A DNA stretch of 64,000 nt from Sphyrna mokarran (GCA_024679065.1 JAGIQG010000040.1:7564001-7628000); one strand, 5' to 3'. Shown: positions 12,217 to 26,008, numbered from the stretch's first letter. Numbers and translations are program-made. The notes: generated by a model not told the origin, from the sequence alone.

Positions 12217-12554
12217 AGAGGGTGATGAAATAAGAATAGGACCTATTAAGAAACAAGGGTCTTCTCCACGAAAATGAGGGGATAGCTATAGAACTCGGGG
12301 AGAAAGACTATGAGGTTCTAAGGAGTAACATGGAAACATAGAAGATAGGAGAAGAGGGAGGCAATTTGGCCCTTTGAAGCAAATGGTAAATAGAGTGATT
12401 AAATATTGAAGATATTTTCGGCTTAAAATTGGACATATAACATATGTCCCAGATAAATTGTTGTGGGGGGCAAAGGAGGAAATTTCAGAGGATTTCACCC
12501 AAAATTGTATTTCCTCTGTGGCCACGGGGGTGCCAGAGGACAGAAGAACAACTA

Positions 12555-12890
12555 ATCATAGAAACCGTACAATGCAGAAGGAGGTCATTCAGCGCATTGA
12601 GTCTGCACCTGGCCCTATCCCTGTAACGCCACAGATTTACCCAGCTAATTCCTCTAACCTACACATCCCGGGATACTTTAGCAATCTGGTATGTCCAATC
12701 AACCTAACCCACAAATCTTTGGACTGGGGGAGGAACCAGAGCACTCAAAGGAAACCCATGCAGACATTGGGAGAATGCATAAGTGACACATAGTTAGGAC
12801 CCAATCGGGAATCGAATCCAGTTCCATGGCCCTGTGAAGCAGCAATGTTAGCCATTGCCATTGTGTTAGCCACTGTGCCACAATACTGCC
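12555..12890 (-). mobile_element. tRNA-derived SINE
   Basis: GGCACAGTGG A-box, GATTCGATTCC B-box, V-SINE-like core. Confidence 0.8.
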
Positions 12891-15052
12891 CCAGTCGAAT
12901 GTGATCCCACTATTTAAGATAATATGTAGAGACAAGCCAGGGAAAAAATGCCATTGAAACTCACTGTATTTGGGAAACGACCGGAGAATATTCCAAAGGA
13001 GAGAAACTCTCTCCATTAGGAGAGGCAAGGTTTGATCAGGAATAGTCAACAAGGCTTCGTCAGAGGCACGTTCTTCTTAACATGTAACCAAGTGTGTAAA
13101 TAAGAGTAGTGTAAATAAGATTTCAGCAAAGTCTTTGACAAAAATTCTCATGAAGGATGTTAAGAAGGTAAATGTGCATGGGATACAGGTTGATGTGATC
13201 AGGTAGATCATAATTGTCTTAGTGTTGTGTGACAGAGGGTGATGATAGATGGCTTCTTTAGTGACTGAAGACCAATGACCTCTAGCATACCACAAGGATC
13301 CGTGCTGGCACCTCTATTATTCATCATTTATATAAATAACATAGATGATTATGTGATTAGGGAGAGGGGATAAGGAGCAATAGGTTTGCCAATGACACGA
13401 AGATTAGTCGGGTTGTCATCACTGAAGTTGAGTCTCTTGGGTTACAAGAAAATATAGATGAGCTGGTCAAAATGGCGGATAAGTGACAGATGGAATTTAA
13501 CCTTGAAAACTGCAACATGAAACCTTGGAAGGAATAATTTATCGAGGAAGTATACTATGAAATGTCTGAATCTCGGAAGTTCTGAAGAAACGTTCTTATC
13601 CATCGATCTCTGAAGGCAGGGAAGTAGAAGAAGACATACAAGTACACATCTTTTACAAATGGAGTATAAGAAAACCAAAGCAGTATGGTGGAACTGTATA
13701 GAACTTGGCTGAGGGCACGTCTGGAATACTGTGTACAGTCCTAGTCAACACATTATAGAAATGGTGTCATCGCACTGGAAGGCATAGAGAAGATTCATCA
13801 GGATGTTATCTGGGATGAAACATTTGTGTTCTAAAATGAGATTGGATAGGCTTGGGTTGTTTTCTCTGGAGCAGAGAAGACTGAGTGGGCGAACTTGTGA
13901 GATGTTCAAGGTTATGGTTGGCATGGAGCGAGTAGAAAGGAAGCAGCTGTTTCCCCTTAGTTGAAGGATCAATTAGGAGGGAAAAGTTAAAAGTGAAGTT
14001 AGAAGGTTTAGGGGGAACTTGAGAAAACAAAATATCCACAGGGTGATGACAGTCTGGAATATATTGCCTGGGTTAATGGCGCAGGCAGGATGCCTCACAT
14101 CCTTTAAAAAGTTCCTGGATGAGTAGTTGGCACGCCATAACATTCAAGGCTATGGGCCAAGAGTTGACAAGTCGGATTTGGTGAGCGGGTAGAAACTTTC
14201 ATTGTCGATACAGACTGGATGGCTGAAGGTCTTATTTTAAACTATAGTTTTCTGTGATTCTGTGACTTTGTGATTAATTAATCTGGAAAGTGTTCATTCC
14301 CAGTGTCAATTCTCCAGATACACGCGACGTATGACGCAAGCTCACTTTGTTAACTCTTTTCTCGTTTAAATATCTGAGGAATCGCTTCTTCATTACAGTT
14401 CTAGCTGTCGTTTCTTTCATACTAAAATTTTCCCTTCTTATTCATAATTTTGTCGTCGTTTGTTGTTATTTATTTCCTTTAAATCTTCTGATGTGTCACC
14501 CACTTTTGTGAAATCGTACAATTTTTCGTGGTTACTGATATCTTTAACAATTTTCGCTAGCCTGCGATGATGACTACCCATTCAAATTTCCCTTTCTCAT
14601 TTCAATATTCTTTTCTACATATATTGAAATATTCCCTTAAATGTCTGCCACTGAACTTTTACTGACCTGTTAATGAACCCTATTTGCCAGTTCACCGTAG
14701 CTGGCTCTGTTTGAAAGTCCTCATATTTGACCTTCAAATTTTTAAAATCTTTGAACTTAATAAGCAGGCGCATGATAATGAGAAATCTTTCAAAAACGGA
14801 TAATCGATGGTCAAACCAAGTGTCACCAAGGAGATTAATGATGCAAGGCTTTCGATCTAATCAACCAGGCTTTCTAAAATCCTTAACTATACGACTTCCG
14901 ATCTAGATATAATGATATAGACAGAATACATATGAAACAATACAATTCTCAAGGACTAATGTGCAAACCTAGAGTACGTTGAAACTCAAATGTTCAATAG
15001 TTCTGAGCGAATTGTCAAAGGGAATTCTGGGAAAATCCGTTTTCTTCCTTTT

Positions 15053-15363
15053 ATAGAACATAGAACATTACACCATAGAACAGGCCCTTCGGCCTTTGAT
15101 GTTGCGCCGACCAATATAAAAAGCAATGCCCCTCCAAACTAAACCATTCCCTTCTCTTCCATATACTTATCAACTAACCTCTTAAACGCCACCAAACTTG
15201 GCGCATCTACAACTGCTGCAGGCAGGGCATTCCACTCCCGAACCACCCTTTGGGTAAAGAACCTACCTCTGATATCCGTCCTATAACTATCACCCCTTAA
15301 TTTAAAGCTGTGTCCCCTCATGCTAGCTTTCTCCATCCTAGGAAAAAGGCTATCACTGTCCAC
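15053..15363 (-). mobile_element. CR1 family 2 3' fragment
   Basis: DSDSLFPRMEKAS...; near-identical to 21301-21577 and 22378-22700; (ATAGAAC)n tail. Confidence 0.92.
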
Positions 15364-16074
15364 TGTCGATCTATTCAACCAGGCTAGGTTTTATGGACAT
15401 CTACACATAGGAATGTTAACTAAATGATTCACCAGAAGAATGGATACCTTCCTGACGTGACAATACTAATCAATTTGATAGACTGGCAAAGACTATGTTG
15501 ATCAGTGACAGTAAGATTTCACCATGTGCGAATTGTGTAGAATCCTACAGTGCAGGAGGAGGACAAACATGTTGGCATGATTCTCATGGAGACCAAAAAA
15601 ACAAAGGAAAATAATCTATAGAATGACCACAATAGACAAATGTACAAAATGGTACTTTTGGTAATGATTCATTTAGAAATTTATTGATATCACCACAAAT
15701 TAAACATGAATCTGCAGGAAACTTTGTGTTAATATTATCATAGACTGTGCATTAGATTTTAAACTTGAGATTTGACAAAGGTAGAATGCCCGGTTTTAGT
15801 ACACAATCCATTCAATTCAAGAACAAAGAAAATTACAAGACAGCTACAAGCCTTTAGGCCTTCCAAACATGTATATAACTGTACATTGCACTCTTTCAGT
15901 CACACAGTTTCTCCAAGTTCTGAAAACCAACTGGCAGAATTCCAGATAATTTTCTGCTAGGACAAAGCTCCCGATTTTCATTCGACCGCAGATCTGTAGC
16001 AAGGCAATCTCCACAGCATAGTCGTCACCCACATTTCACAGTTCTACAGACAGTTTTTTTTAACTCTGGTATAC

Positions 16075-16396
16075 ATGGTAGCGTAGTGGTTAGCATGGCT
16101 ATCTCATAATGCCAGGGACCTGGGTTCGATTCCCATCTTAGGTCTCTATCTGGATAGAGCTTACACATTCTCCCTCTGTTGGGATGGGTTACACCCGGAT
16201 GTTCTGGTTTGCTCCCACAGTCCAAAGATGTGCAGGTTAGGTGGAATGGCCATGCTAAATTTCCCCTTGCTTTTAGGTGGACTAGCTAAGGTAAATTCAT
16301 GGAGTTATGAGTATAGGCCCTGGGTGGGATTGTGGTCAGTGCAATTCTCGTGGGCCGAATGTTCTCTTCCTGTACTATAGGATTCTATGATTCTAT
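16075..16396 (+). mobile_element. tRNA-derived SINE, CR1-type tail
   Basis: B-box GGTTCGATTCC, core CCCACAGTCCAAAGATGTGCAGGTTAGG, tail GGATTCTATGATTCTAT. Confidence 0.85.
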
Positions 16397-16991
16397 ACAT
16401 CCAGCAAAACACCAATTTATTCAACATCTATAATGTCTCTGTTCAACGGCACTTTTCCGGTCAATTTACAATCTGAACTTTCTTTATCCCTGTTTCCTGA
16501 TATGGTCATCATGCTGCGTCAGTCTGCTTATTGTAGCACTGGGCATTACGACGTATTGATATATTTTATCAATAAAATCAGTTTATATTTTACTTTCTCG
16601 TTCCTTGTTATTTTAGTCTCTAACCCCTTAAAATACACTGAAGATTCATTCACAATGTAAATGAATGGAACCAAACAGAAAATGCTGGATTTTGCTCTAC
16701 GGCAGGGCCATCCAAGCTCGAAATGTTGGCTCGATTCTCTCTCCACAGATTGCTTTCACACCTGCTGATATTTTACTGCATTTTTTTTGTTTTTGTTTCA
16801 GAATCAGCAGCATTTTGCTTTTATCTTCGTGAATAAATGGAACCTGTGGTACATGGATAAATAATCCTAGAATAGGGATATCACTGAGAATGGGGAAAAA
16901 AGGGTGAAGGAATAGTTTGACAATCAGCTGAACTATTGTAACATTTGGAAAACGAAAATGTCAGCAGTGGAATTGACTGAGTTGTAAAATG

Positions 16992-17262
16992 GTAAGAAGT
17001 CTGGCAACACCAGGTTTAAGTCCAACCGATTTATCTGATAGTAAACTCACAAGCTTTCGAGATTCCCCTCTTCATCAGGTCAATGAGGTGTTCTGGTTAT
17101 ATGTGCTGTCTGAGACCAGACCACCTCATTCACCCGATGAAGAGGGGAACCTCGAAAGCTTTTGAGTTTACTATCAAATAAATCGATTGGACTTAAACCT
17201 GGTGATGTCAGACTTCCTACTGTATTTACCGCAGTCCAAACGCCGGCATCTCTACATCATGA
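16992..17262. mobile_element. Penelope-like element terminal-repeat palindrome with minimal hammerhead motifs
   Basis: 106-bp inverted arms 16992-17097 / 17115-17220 with a 17-nt loop; same terminal sequence as 52795-53685, which carries a Penelope C-terminal motif. Confidence 0.75.
17048..17081 (-). ncRNA. Minimal type I hammerhead ribozyme-like motif
   Basis: GAC-CTGATGA-A-GAG(gggaat)CTC-GAA-AGCT-T-GTG: both core boxes intact, 3-bp stem II, palindromic AGCT stem III; mirrored copy at 17131-17164 (+). Confidence 0.55.
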
Positions 17263-17704
17263 CATTGTAAATTGGTGTCAACAAAGTGATGATCAGTTAT
17301 TTATATATCACAAGTAAAACTGCAGCCATCTTATTTCTTACCGTTTGGGAGAATACATAATAATGCAGCAATTGAATGGTCAGAGAGGAAACAACATGAA
17401 TGATGTTTTCCTTGGATTGAAACTATGACGTAAATTGGACAAGTTCTTAGTTAGAAAGAAGAGTGTAGAAAGGAGATGTGATTTCTGCTTCTTGAAATAC
17501 TCAGTAGTCCAGAAGAGTTAAAACCTTTGCACATTCTCTGCTTGGTTTTGGTAAATTGGAAGAGGTTTTGGTCAGTTGCCTGAAAAGCTGGTTAGTAATG
17601 TACGTTTCATTCCCATATTCTCTCTAGTTCTTCATGAAGACCTGCATGTTCAACCTTGCTGCTTGACTGAGGTGTGGCGATGCTCAGGTTAAATCATTGC
17701 TACC

Positions 17705-18845
17705 TGCCGTCAAAAGTTCAGCAAAATCTTTGACCAGGTCCCATATGGAGACTTTTAAGGAAGTAAGACCACACGGGATACAAGGTAATTTCGTAATGTG
17801 GATTCAAAAGTGTCTCAGTTGTAGCAGACAGGGAATGATGACTGAAGTCTGTTATTTAATAACTGGAAGCCAGTGTCCAATGGTGTATCACAGTGATCTG
17901 CATTGGGTCCTCTTTTATTCGTTATTTATATAAATGAATTTGATGCCTATGTGGGGGGGTAGGATTAGTAAGTTTGCAGATGACCAAAAGGTGATTAAGT
18001 CTGAGGCCAAATGTCTTGAGTGAAAAGAAAATGTAGACGAAATGGACAACTAAGTGACAAATTAACCCTGAAATTTTGAGGTGATCCACTTTGGAAGGAG
18101 TAATTTGACAAGAAAGTACTCAATGAACTGTAGTACACTAGGAAGTTGAATGGAACAAAGGGACTTTGGCGTGCCTATCCACAGATCTCTGAAAGCAGCA
18201 AGACACGTTAGTAGCGTGATGAAAATGTCATATGGGACTCATGATTTATCAGTCGAGGCAGGGCAGCCATGTTGGAGTTGTGTAGAACTTTGTTGAGGCC
18301 ACAACGAGAGTACCGTGTGCAGTTCTGGTCACCACGTTAAAAGAAAGATGTGATTTCACTGAACAGAATGCCGAGCAGATTCACCAGGATGCTGCCTGGG
18401 ATGGAAAATCTAAGTTATGAGGAAAGATTGAGTAATCTTTAGTTGTTTTTTTTTTGAGCATAGAAGACTGAGGGGCGACCTTATCGAGGTGTACAAGATT
18501 ATGAGACACATGGACAAAGTGGATAATGAACAGATGTTCACTTTGGTTGAAGGGTCAGTCATGAGACAACATAGGTTTAAGGTGAGAGCAGGCAGTTTTG
18601 GTGGGGGGAGAGATTTGAGGAAAAAACGTTTTTACCCAGAGGTAACCACACCTCGGAGGTTGGTATTAGCGGATTGCCTCACATCCTTAAGTGATTGGAT
18701 GAACACTTGTTGCATCATAACATTCAGGGCTATGGGCCAAGTGCTGGCATTTGGAATTAGATGGGAGTTCTGGTGTTTCTAATGTGTCAGTATGGACTCG
18801 TTGGGCGAAGGACCTCTTCTGCACTATTTGATTCGATGATTCTAA
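17705..18845 (+). mobile_element. Old degenerate CR1 RT/3' region
   Basis: Remnants of FADD (tttgcagatgac), QFWSP, RRLRGDLIEVYKIM. Confidence 0.8.
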
Positions 18846-19164
18846 AGTGGAGAACAGTCAATCCCTACTTCACCTTAAAAAATAGATATGCATCGATAAA
18901 TCAGACTTTTTTATCTAAGTTGAGTGTACAGATCTCCAAAATCTCGAGGATTCTGAGAAAGTACGGGGCCTCAGTATTCATGGGGAAAATGCTGAGGATA
19001 TCTTTAAAATTTGAAATTGGGGCCCCACAACTTTTCTTATATATTGTTACAACCACAAAATGCATCATGATCTCAAATCGAGTGACTAGATATTGGGAGG
19101 CGAAGTATAAGGTGAGAAATAGATCTATGGTGATATATATTTCTTGTTGTCTTGTTCAATACCC

Positions 19165-20072
19165 TCACTTAAAAATATTAATAATTACACAAAGAGGGTA
19201 CTTCAGTCCATTCTTTAATTCCAACCTGAATTTACTCTGTGTTCCTGCATAAATAAATGGGTTAACACAAGAACTCAAAAGCTGGAGCATAAATCCGCTT
19301 TCCTCCACAATAAAGTTTGATTCTTTGTAATTTGAACCGGAGAAGTAAGTAAGCCTGGCAATTCGAACATATAGAAAGGTTATGAAGTACAACGAGTACA
19401 ATAGAATGAAACTGCCCGAGATTGTGAAGAGTAACACAATGGACCTCCTTCTGCTCTCCATCTCTGGGTCACTCTGATTCTCGCTATTACTTTGTGACCG
19501 GAGCCTTCTTCGGGCTTGACTGGCTGTTAATATATATCTGACGGTCAAAACATTGAACAGCAAGATCAGAATGACAGGGAGACAGGGGTTTAAAATGCGA
19601 TGAAGCCAATCATATGCAGCCCATGCAGCTGACTTATAAAATTCTGATTTCACACTGCAGAACCAGGGTGTATTGCCAACCATATATAAAGGTTCATATA
19701 TAAAATACAATAAGGAGACAAGTAAACAGTTCAATACACAAACTGTTCCGATCACCCACCTCGCCCTCTTTTCGGTGCAATATTTTATTTTCGCCTTCTG
19801 ACAACAGATGGCCACAAAACGATCCAACGTGAAAACGACCGTTAGCCAGACAGAAATATCTATGACTGTATATATTAAAGTAGAACGGAGGCTGCATACT
19901 GGCGTGATGGACAAGAAACTCAATGGAAAATAAATACCAGCAATCCGGTTGAGTATGACAGCAGTGGTAATGACCAACAGATCTGACACCGCCATGGACA
20001 CCAGGTAGTAAGTCACACATCTGGAGAGACCGCACTTTCCTCTAGACAGGATCACAATCACTGTGAAATTGG
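19165..20072 (-). CDS. GPR139/GPR142-like class A GPCR paralog A, exon 2 (full protein 325 aa with exon 1 at 27420-27489)
   Basis: Acceptor ctctctgtttacAG ends at 20073; (A)NFTVIVILSRGKCGLSRC, TM2 MAVSDLL, TM3 SVWLTVVFTLDRFVAIC, ECL2 WFC, TM7 SSCVNPFIY; frame open to TGA at 19165. Confidence 0.92.
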
Positions 20073-20149
20073 CTGTAAACAGAGAGAAATATTGAGAGAG
20101 AGTGGCTGAGAATGCATGTGTGGGTGAGAAATTGTCATCTGCGGTTCAC

Positions 20150-20460
20150 AGTGGCACGGTGGCACAGTGTTACCACTGCTGCCTCATAACACCAGGGAAG
20201 CGCATTCAATTCCGCCCTTGAGTGACTGACTGTGTGGAGTTTGCACGTTCTCCCTGTGTCTGCGTGGGCTTCCATCGATTTCCTCCCACAGTCCAAAGAT
20301 GTATGATTAGGTTGGTCATGATACATTGACCCTAATGCCTGGGGATTACTAGGGTAAGTACACATGGTTGTAAAAATAGGACATGGATAGGATTCTGGTC
20401 AGTACAGTCTCGATGGACCGAATGGCCTCCTTCAGTACTGTAGGGATTCTATGATTCTAT
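20150..20460 (+). mobile_element. tRNA-derived SINE, CR1-type tail (intron of paralog A)
   Basis: GGCACGGTGGCACAGTG head, V-SINE-like core, GGGATTCTATGATTCTAT tail. Confidence 0.85.
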
Positions 20461-21300
20461 TTTAAGGGAATAGATTGCTACTATTCGTTGCATAATGGAC
20501 TACTTAAAAAGGCTCGATGAAGCTTTTAGATTTGTCCTGTAATTTCCGAATGGACATATGCTTTTTTTAGTTAATTAGTACTGCTTTCTTCCCAATAATT
20601 ACCCGGACGTTAAGTAAGACAATCCCAATAACCTGGAGATTTAACATATTGAGAGCTTAGAGAATCAACTTCACAGAATTACAGAAGATGCCCTTCAATT
20701 CATCGAGTCACACAGATGCATGAAAGGCCTTGACCTGCCCACCTAATCTCACTTGCCTGCACTTGGCCAATACCCTTGAATGTTATAGCAGTCCAAGTAC
20801 TCATCTAGGACTTTTTAAAGGATGTAAGGTGCCCCTAACAGCCTCCCAGTTCATTCCCGACAATCACCACTCATTGCATGAAAACCGTTTTTCCTCAAAT
20901 TCCCCCCTAAAACTCTTAGTCCTCACTTTTAACTTGTGGCTTCTCGTAACTGACCGTTCAGCTAAAGGAACAGCAGTTCCCTAACCATTTTGTATTATAA
21001 TGCATAAATAAATACCAGAAATAATTCAAGAGTGTATATAACAGAACAATAAGGATAAACTTGCAAATGTATAAGAAGAAGAACTTGCGTTTAAATCTCT
21101 CTACATTCTACCAAGGACAACAAACCGAGTCATTTAATGAATTGTGTAAATACTTTTGGAAAACCTGACTGCTAACCTGTTAGATAATATTTTGAAACAA
21201 GATTATGCAAACGGACAAGCTTCATTTTAAGGATTTGCAACGGGGTGTTGTTGAGATTGCAATTCTCATTACAATGCCGTTCTTTGTCACTATATTAGGA

Positions 21301-21577
21301 CATAGAACATAGAACATTACAGCACAGAACAGGCCCTTCGGCCTTCGATGTTGCGCCGACCAATATAAAAAGCAATGCCCCTCCAAACTAAACCATTCCC
21401 TTCTCTTCCATATACTTATCAACTAACCTCTTAAACGCCACCAAACTTGGCGCATCTACAACTGCTGCAGGCAGGGCATTCCACTCCCGAACCACCCTTT
21501 GGGTAAAGAACCTACCTCTGATATCCGTCCTATAACTATCACCCCTTAATTTAAAGCTGTGTCCCCTCGTGCTAGCT
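21301..21577 (-). mobile_element. CR1 family 2 3' fragment
   Basis: Near-identical to 15053-15330; (ATAGAAC)n tail. Confidence 0.92.
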
Positions 21578-22377
21578 ATTGGATTTCCGTTTCGATCCTT
21601 GCCTACCAGTTTTAATAATGAAGTGCCAGTTCAAGAAAAGGTTCCTTCCCAGAAGCGGCTCTACCTCACTACTTCATCGTGGTGTCGAGATACATAACTG
21701 ACTCCACTGTTCAGTTACATTATGCTTGAAATCATTCTAGACATATACGATGGATGCATTTTTTTCCTTAATCCGAAGACGGGAAGGGTTTGAGAAATGA
21801 ACTAACGTTAGAATTGGAAAGAAAATTTCGGGCACAGTAAGAGTGACTGTGGAAATATTAGCAACAAATAATGTGGAAGGCAAAAGCCAAGCTGAAACAT
21901 TTAGAGTTAGAGTCTGTGGTTCTGTTAGTTCAAGCTAAATAGAGAATCATTTTCCTAAGTAACAATCAAATAAACTACTTCTATTTCTGTTAAATGCCTC
22001 ATAATGTCTTATAAAAAAATCATTAATTTGCATCAAGTGAGATTCATTCGAAAATATCGGTCTGTGAATCTTTCTTAAATGTTAGCCACTGTCAGCAGGA
22101 TAGTGATCCATGTCAAATAATTAAAAAAAAGAAAAATGCAGCACGAGTACAAGCCCTTCGGCCCTCCCATGCTGTGTCAATCGTGATGCCCTCACTAGAC
22201 AAAAGAAAAAGCCTTCAGCACGTAATCGGTCAGTATGCCTCTCTATTCATCCAGATGCCTCTTAAATGTTATAATTTGCCTGCTTCAACCATCTTACATT
22301 AAATGATGTAGGGAATGTAGCAAGGTTTGGGACCAAGGACAAGGTGGTAAGATGATTAATTATTTTTTTGAGCACAT

Positions 22378-25120
22378 TAGAACATAGAACATAGAACATT
22401 ACAGCACACAACAGGCCCTTCGGCCTTCGATGTTGCGCCAACCAATATAAAAAGCAATGACCCACCAAACTAAACCATTCCCTTCTCTTCCATATACTTA
22501 TCAACTAACCTCTTAAACGCCACCAAACTTGGCGCATCTACAACTGCTGCAGGCAGGGCATTCCACTCCCGAACCACCCTTTGGGTAAAGAACCTACCTC
22601 TGATATCCGTCCTATAACTATCACCCCTTAATTTAAAGCTGTGTCCCCTCGTGCTAGCTTTCTCCATCCTAGGAAAAAGGCTATCACTGTCCACCCTATC
22701 TAAACCTCTAATCATCTTATATGTTTCAATAAGATCCCCTCTTAGCCGCCTCCTTTCTAACGAAAACAACCTCAAATCCTTCAACCTCTCTTCATAGGAC
22801 CTGCCCTCCATACCAGGCAACATCCTGGTAAACCTCCTCTGTACCCTCTCCTATGCCTCCACATCTTTCTTATAATGTGGGGACCAGAACTGCACACAAT
22901 ACTCCAAGTGCGGCCGCACTAGAGTTTTGTACAGTTGCAACATGACGTTGCGGCTCCGAAATTCAATCCCCCTACCAATAAAAGCCAAGACTCCATATGC
23001 CTTCTTAACAACCTTCTCGACTTGACTGCCTACTTTCAGGGATCCATGCACATACACACCAAGATCCCTCTGTTCATCTAGACTACTAAGAATCCTACCA
23101 TTTGCCCTATACTCTACACATTTATTATTTCTGCCATAGTGCATTACCTCACACTTTTCCACATTAAACTCCATTTGCCACCTCTCGGTCCAGCTCTGCA
23201 ACTTGTCAAGTCCCTGTGCAAACTATAACACCCCTCTTCACTATCTACCACTCCACTGACTTTAGTGTCATCTGCAAATTTACTAATCCATCCTTCAATA
23301 CCCTCATCCAGATCATTTATAAAAATTACAAATAGCAGGGGCCCCAAAACAGACCCCTGAGGTACACCACTTGTCACCGAACTCCACGATGAATATCTCC
23401 CATCAACCAACACCCTCTGTCTTCTATCTGCTAGCCAATTCCTAACCCAATTAGCTAAATCACCCTCTATCCCATACATCTGCATTTTCTGCAGAAGTCT
23501 TCCATGGGCCACCTTATCAAACGCCTTACTAAAGTCCATATATACCACATCAACCGCCTTACCCCCATCCACCTCTTTAGTCACTTTTTCAAAAAACTCA
23601 ATGAGGTTAGTAAGGCACGGCCTACCCTTCACAAAACCATGCTGACTATCCCCAATCAATTCATTTCTCTCTAAATAACTATAAATCCTATCCCTAATAA
23701 TTCTCTCCAATACTTTGCCCACAACAGAAGTAAGACTCACTGGCCTATAATTCCCTGGAAGGTCTCTCTTCCCCTTCTTGAACCATGGGACCACATTCGC
23801 TATCCTCCAGTCCTCCGGAACCACACCCGTAACCAATGACGACCTGAAGATCAGAGCCAGAGGCTCTGCAATCGCCTCTCTTGCCTCCCAGAGAATCCTA
23901 GGGTAAATCCCGTCCGGCCCAGGGGACTTATCCAACTTCAAACCCTCGAGAATATCTAGCACACCCTCCCTATCTACCTCAATACTTTCCATTTTGCTAC
24001 CCTGTACCTCAGCGTTCTCCATAACTACATTTACATCACCTTGCGTGAATGCCGAAGAGAAATATTTATTCAGTGCCTCTCCAATCTCTTCAGGCTCCAC
24101 GCACAACTTCCCACTGCTGTCTATGACTGGCCCTAATGTTGTCCTAAGCAATCTTCTATTCTTAACATATCTAAAGAAAGCTTTAGGATTCTCCTTAATC
24201 CTATCAGCCAAAGTCTTCTCGTGTCCCCTCAATTCACTCTTTAGCTCCCTCCTGGCTAATCTATAGCTATCCATTGCACTAACCGAGCCTTCAAGCCTCA
24301 TCCTGACATAAGCCTCCTTTTTCCTTTTAACCAGCAAATCAACTTTTTTCGTACACCAAGGTTCTCTTACTCGACCATTTCCTCCTTGCCTGACAGGGAC
24401 ATACTTATCAAGGACTCGCAGCAGCTGCTCCTTGAATAAGCTCCACATTCCAGATGTTCCCAGTCCCTGTAGTTTCCTAGTCCAATCTATGCACCCTAAT
24501 TCTCTCCTGATGGCCTCATAATTACCCTTCCCCCAGCTATAACTACTGCCCCCAGCTTCATGCCTATCCCTATCCATCACTAAGGTGAACGTAACCGAAT
24601 TGTGGTCACTATCACCAAAATGTTCACCAACTTCCAAGCCTAACACCTGGTCTGGCTCATTGCCCAGCACCAAATCCAATGTAGCCTCACCTCTAGTTGG
24701 CCTATCTACATACTGAGTCAAAAAACCTTCCTGCACACTTTGTACGAAAACTGACCCCTCTAACGAGCTAGAGCTATAACTATTCCAATCAATATTAGTA
24801 AAGTTAAAGTCCCCCATAACAATTACCCTATTACTTTCACTCCTGACCAGAATTGACTTTGCAATCCTTTCCTCTACCTCTCTAGAACTTTTAGGAGGTC
24901 TATAAAAGACTCCCAACAGGGTGACCTCTCCTCTCCTGTTTCTAATCTCAGCCCATACTACCTCAACAGACAAGTCCTCATCAAACTTCTTTTCTGTCAC
25001 TGTGATACAGTCTTTGACTAATAATGCCACTCCTCCCCCCCCTTCTACCTCCTTCTCTACTCCGACTAAAGCATTTGAACCCCGGAACCTGCAACATCCA
25101 TTCTTGTCCCTGCTCTACCC
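22378..25120 (-). mobile_element. CR1 family 2, near-complete ORF2 (APE endonuclease + RT), disabled
   Basis: 628-aa ORF with [33 protein letters not shown]; frameshift near 23205 and TAG at 22851; tail at 22378. Confidence 0.95.
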
Positions 25121-25124
25121 AACA

Positions 25125-25680
25125 TTGACCTGTGCCAATCATGATGTCCGAACTAAACTAAAAAAAAGCCTTCTGCCCTTATTTGGTTCGATCCCTCTAA
25201 TCGATCCCTATGCATGCAGATACCTCTTAAATGTTGCTAATGTACCTGCTTCCACCAGCTCCTCTGGTAGAGCAGTCCAAGCACCCAACATTCTGCGTGA
25301 GAAACATCCTCTGCAATCTTCCTTAAACATTCCCCCTCTCGCATTGAACAGGTGCCCCCTTCTAATTGAAGTTTCTATCCTACTAAAAAGCCTCTGACAA
25401 TCCATCTCCTCTATGCCTCTCATAATTCTGTAGAACTCTATCAGGTCTCCCCTCAGCCTCCGTCTTTCCAACTAAGACAATCTTTTTTATTCAAGCTCCA
25501 CTCATAGCCAACACCCGCGAAACCAGGGAACATCCGAGTGAATATCTTTTGCTCTCTCTCCGAAGCTTCTGGCATTATAGTGACCAGAACTGAACGCGAT
25601 ACTCCAAATGTACCTGAAGCAAGTTTTCATGTATCTGCAACCTGATTCCCTAACTCTTGTATTCAATGGCCCAGATGATG
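25125..25680 (-). mobile_element. Older CR1 3' fragment (different family)
   Basis: ERRRLRGDLIEFYRIMRG...WTALPEE; similar tail piece at about 22140-22290. Confidence 0.75.
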
Positions 25681-26008
25681 AAGAGAGTTTATCCGATGAT
25701 TCTCACAAAATAACAGTAGTTAATAATAAAATAAAACTATGTATATACCGTGATAAAGGAGTATGAATGTTAAGCCAAAAGAACAGTGTCAAAAAAAACC
25801 AAACTACATTAACACAATAATAATTGTCTGATAATTAACTTACATGACAATGTCAAGAACACAACATTAGACTACGTTTAGACTTTAATAAAATGTGAGA
25901 CTTCAGGCAGAGTAGCTACATCACTAGCATAACAGATTATGTTACATCGTGTGATAATTAATGCGAAGCAACATTGACAATAAAACAAGTATTAATACTT
26001 GCACAATG

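Larger units (their letters stand above)
10560..14255 (+). mobile_element. Old degenerate CR1 ORF2, interrupted by a younger CR1 (11163-12216) and a SINE (12555-12890)
   Basis: Remnants of DHN, PWIT, VPQGSVL, EFN and RRL motifs in order, and a CR1-like 3' tail near 14220-14255. Confidence 0.65.

Noticed and set aside
16075-16150. tRNA gene calls for A-box/B-box sequences
   Set aside because: They continue into SINE core and tail and do not form a complete cloverleaf.
18761-19252. 163-aa plus-strand ORF and other antisense or alternative-frame ORFs (e.g. 19694-20035, 52637-53098, 24921-25397)
   Set aside because: Shadows of real CDS or TE sequence with no independent motifs or splice support.
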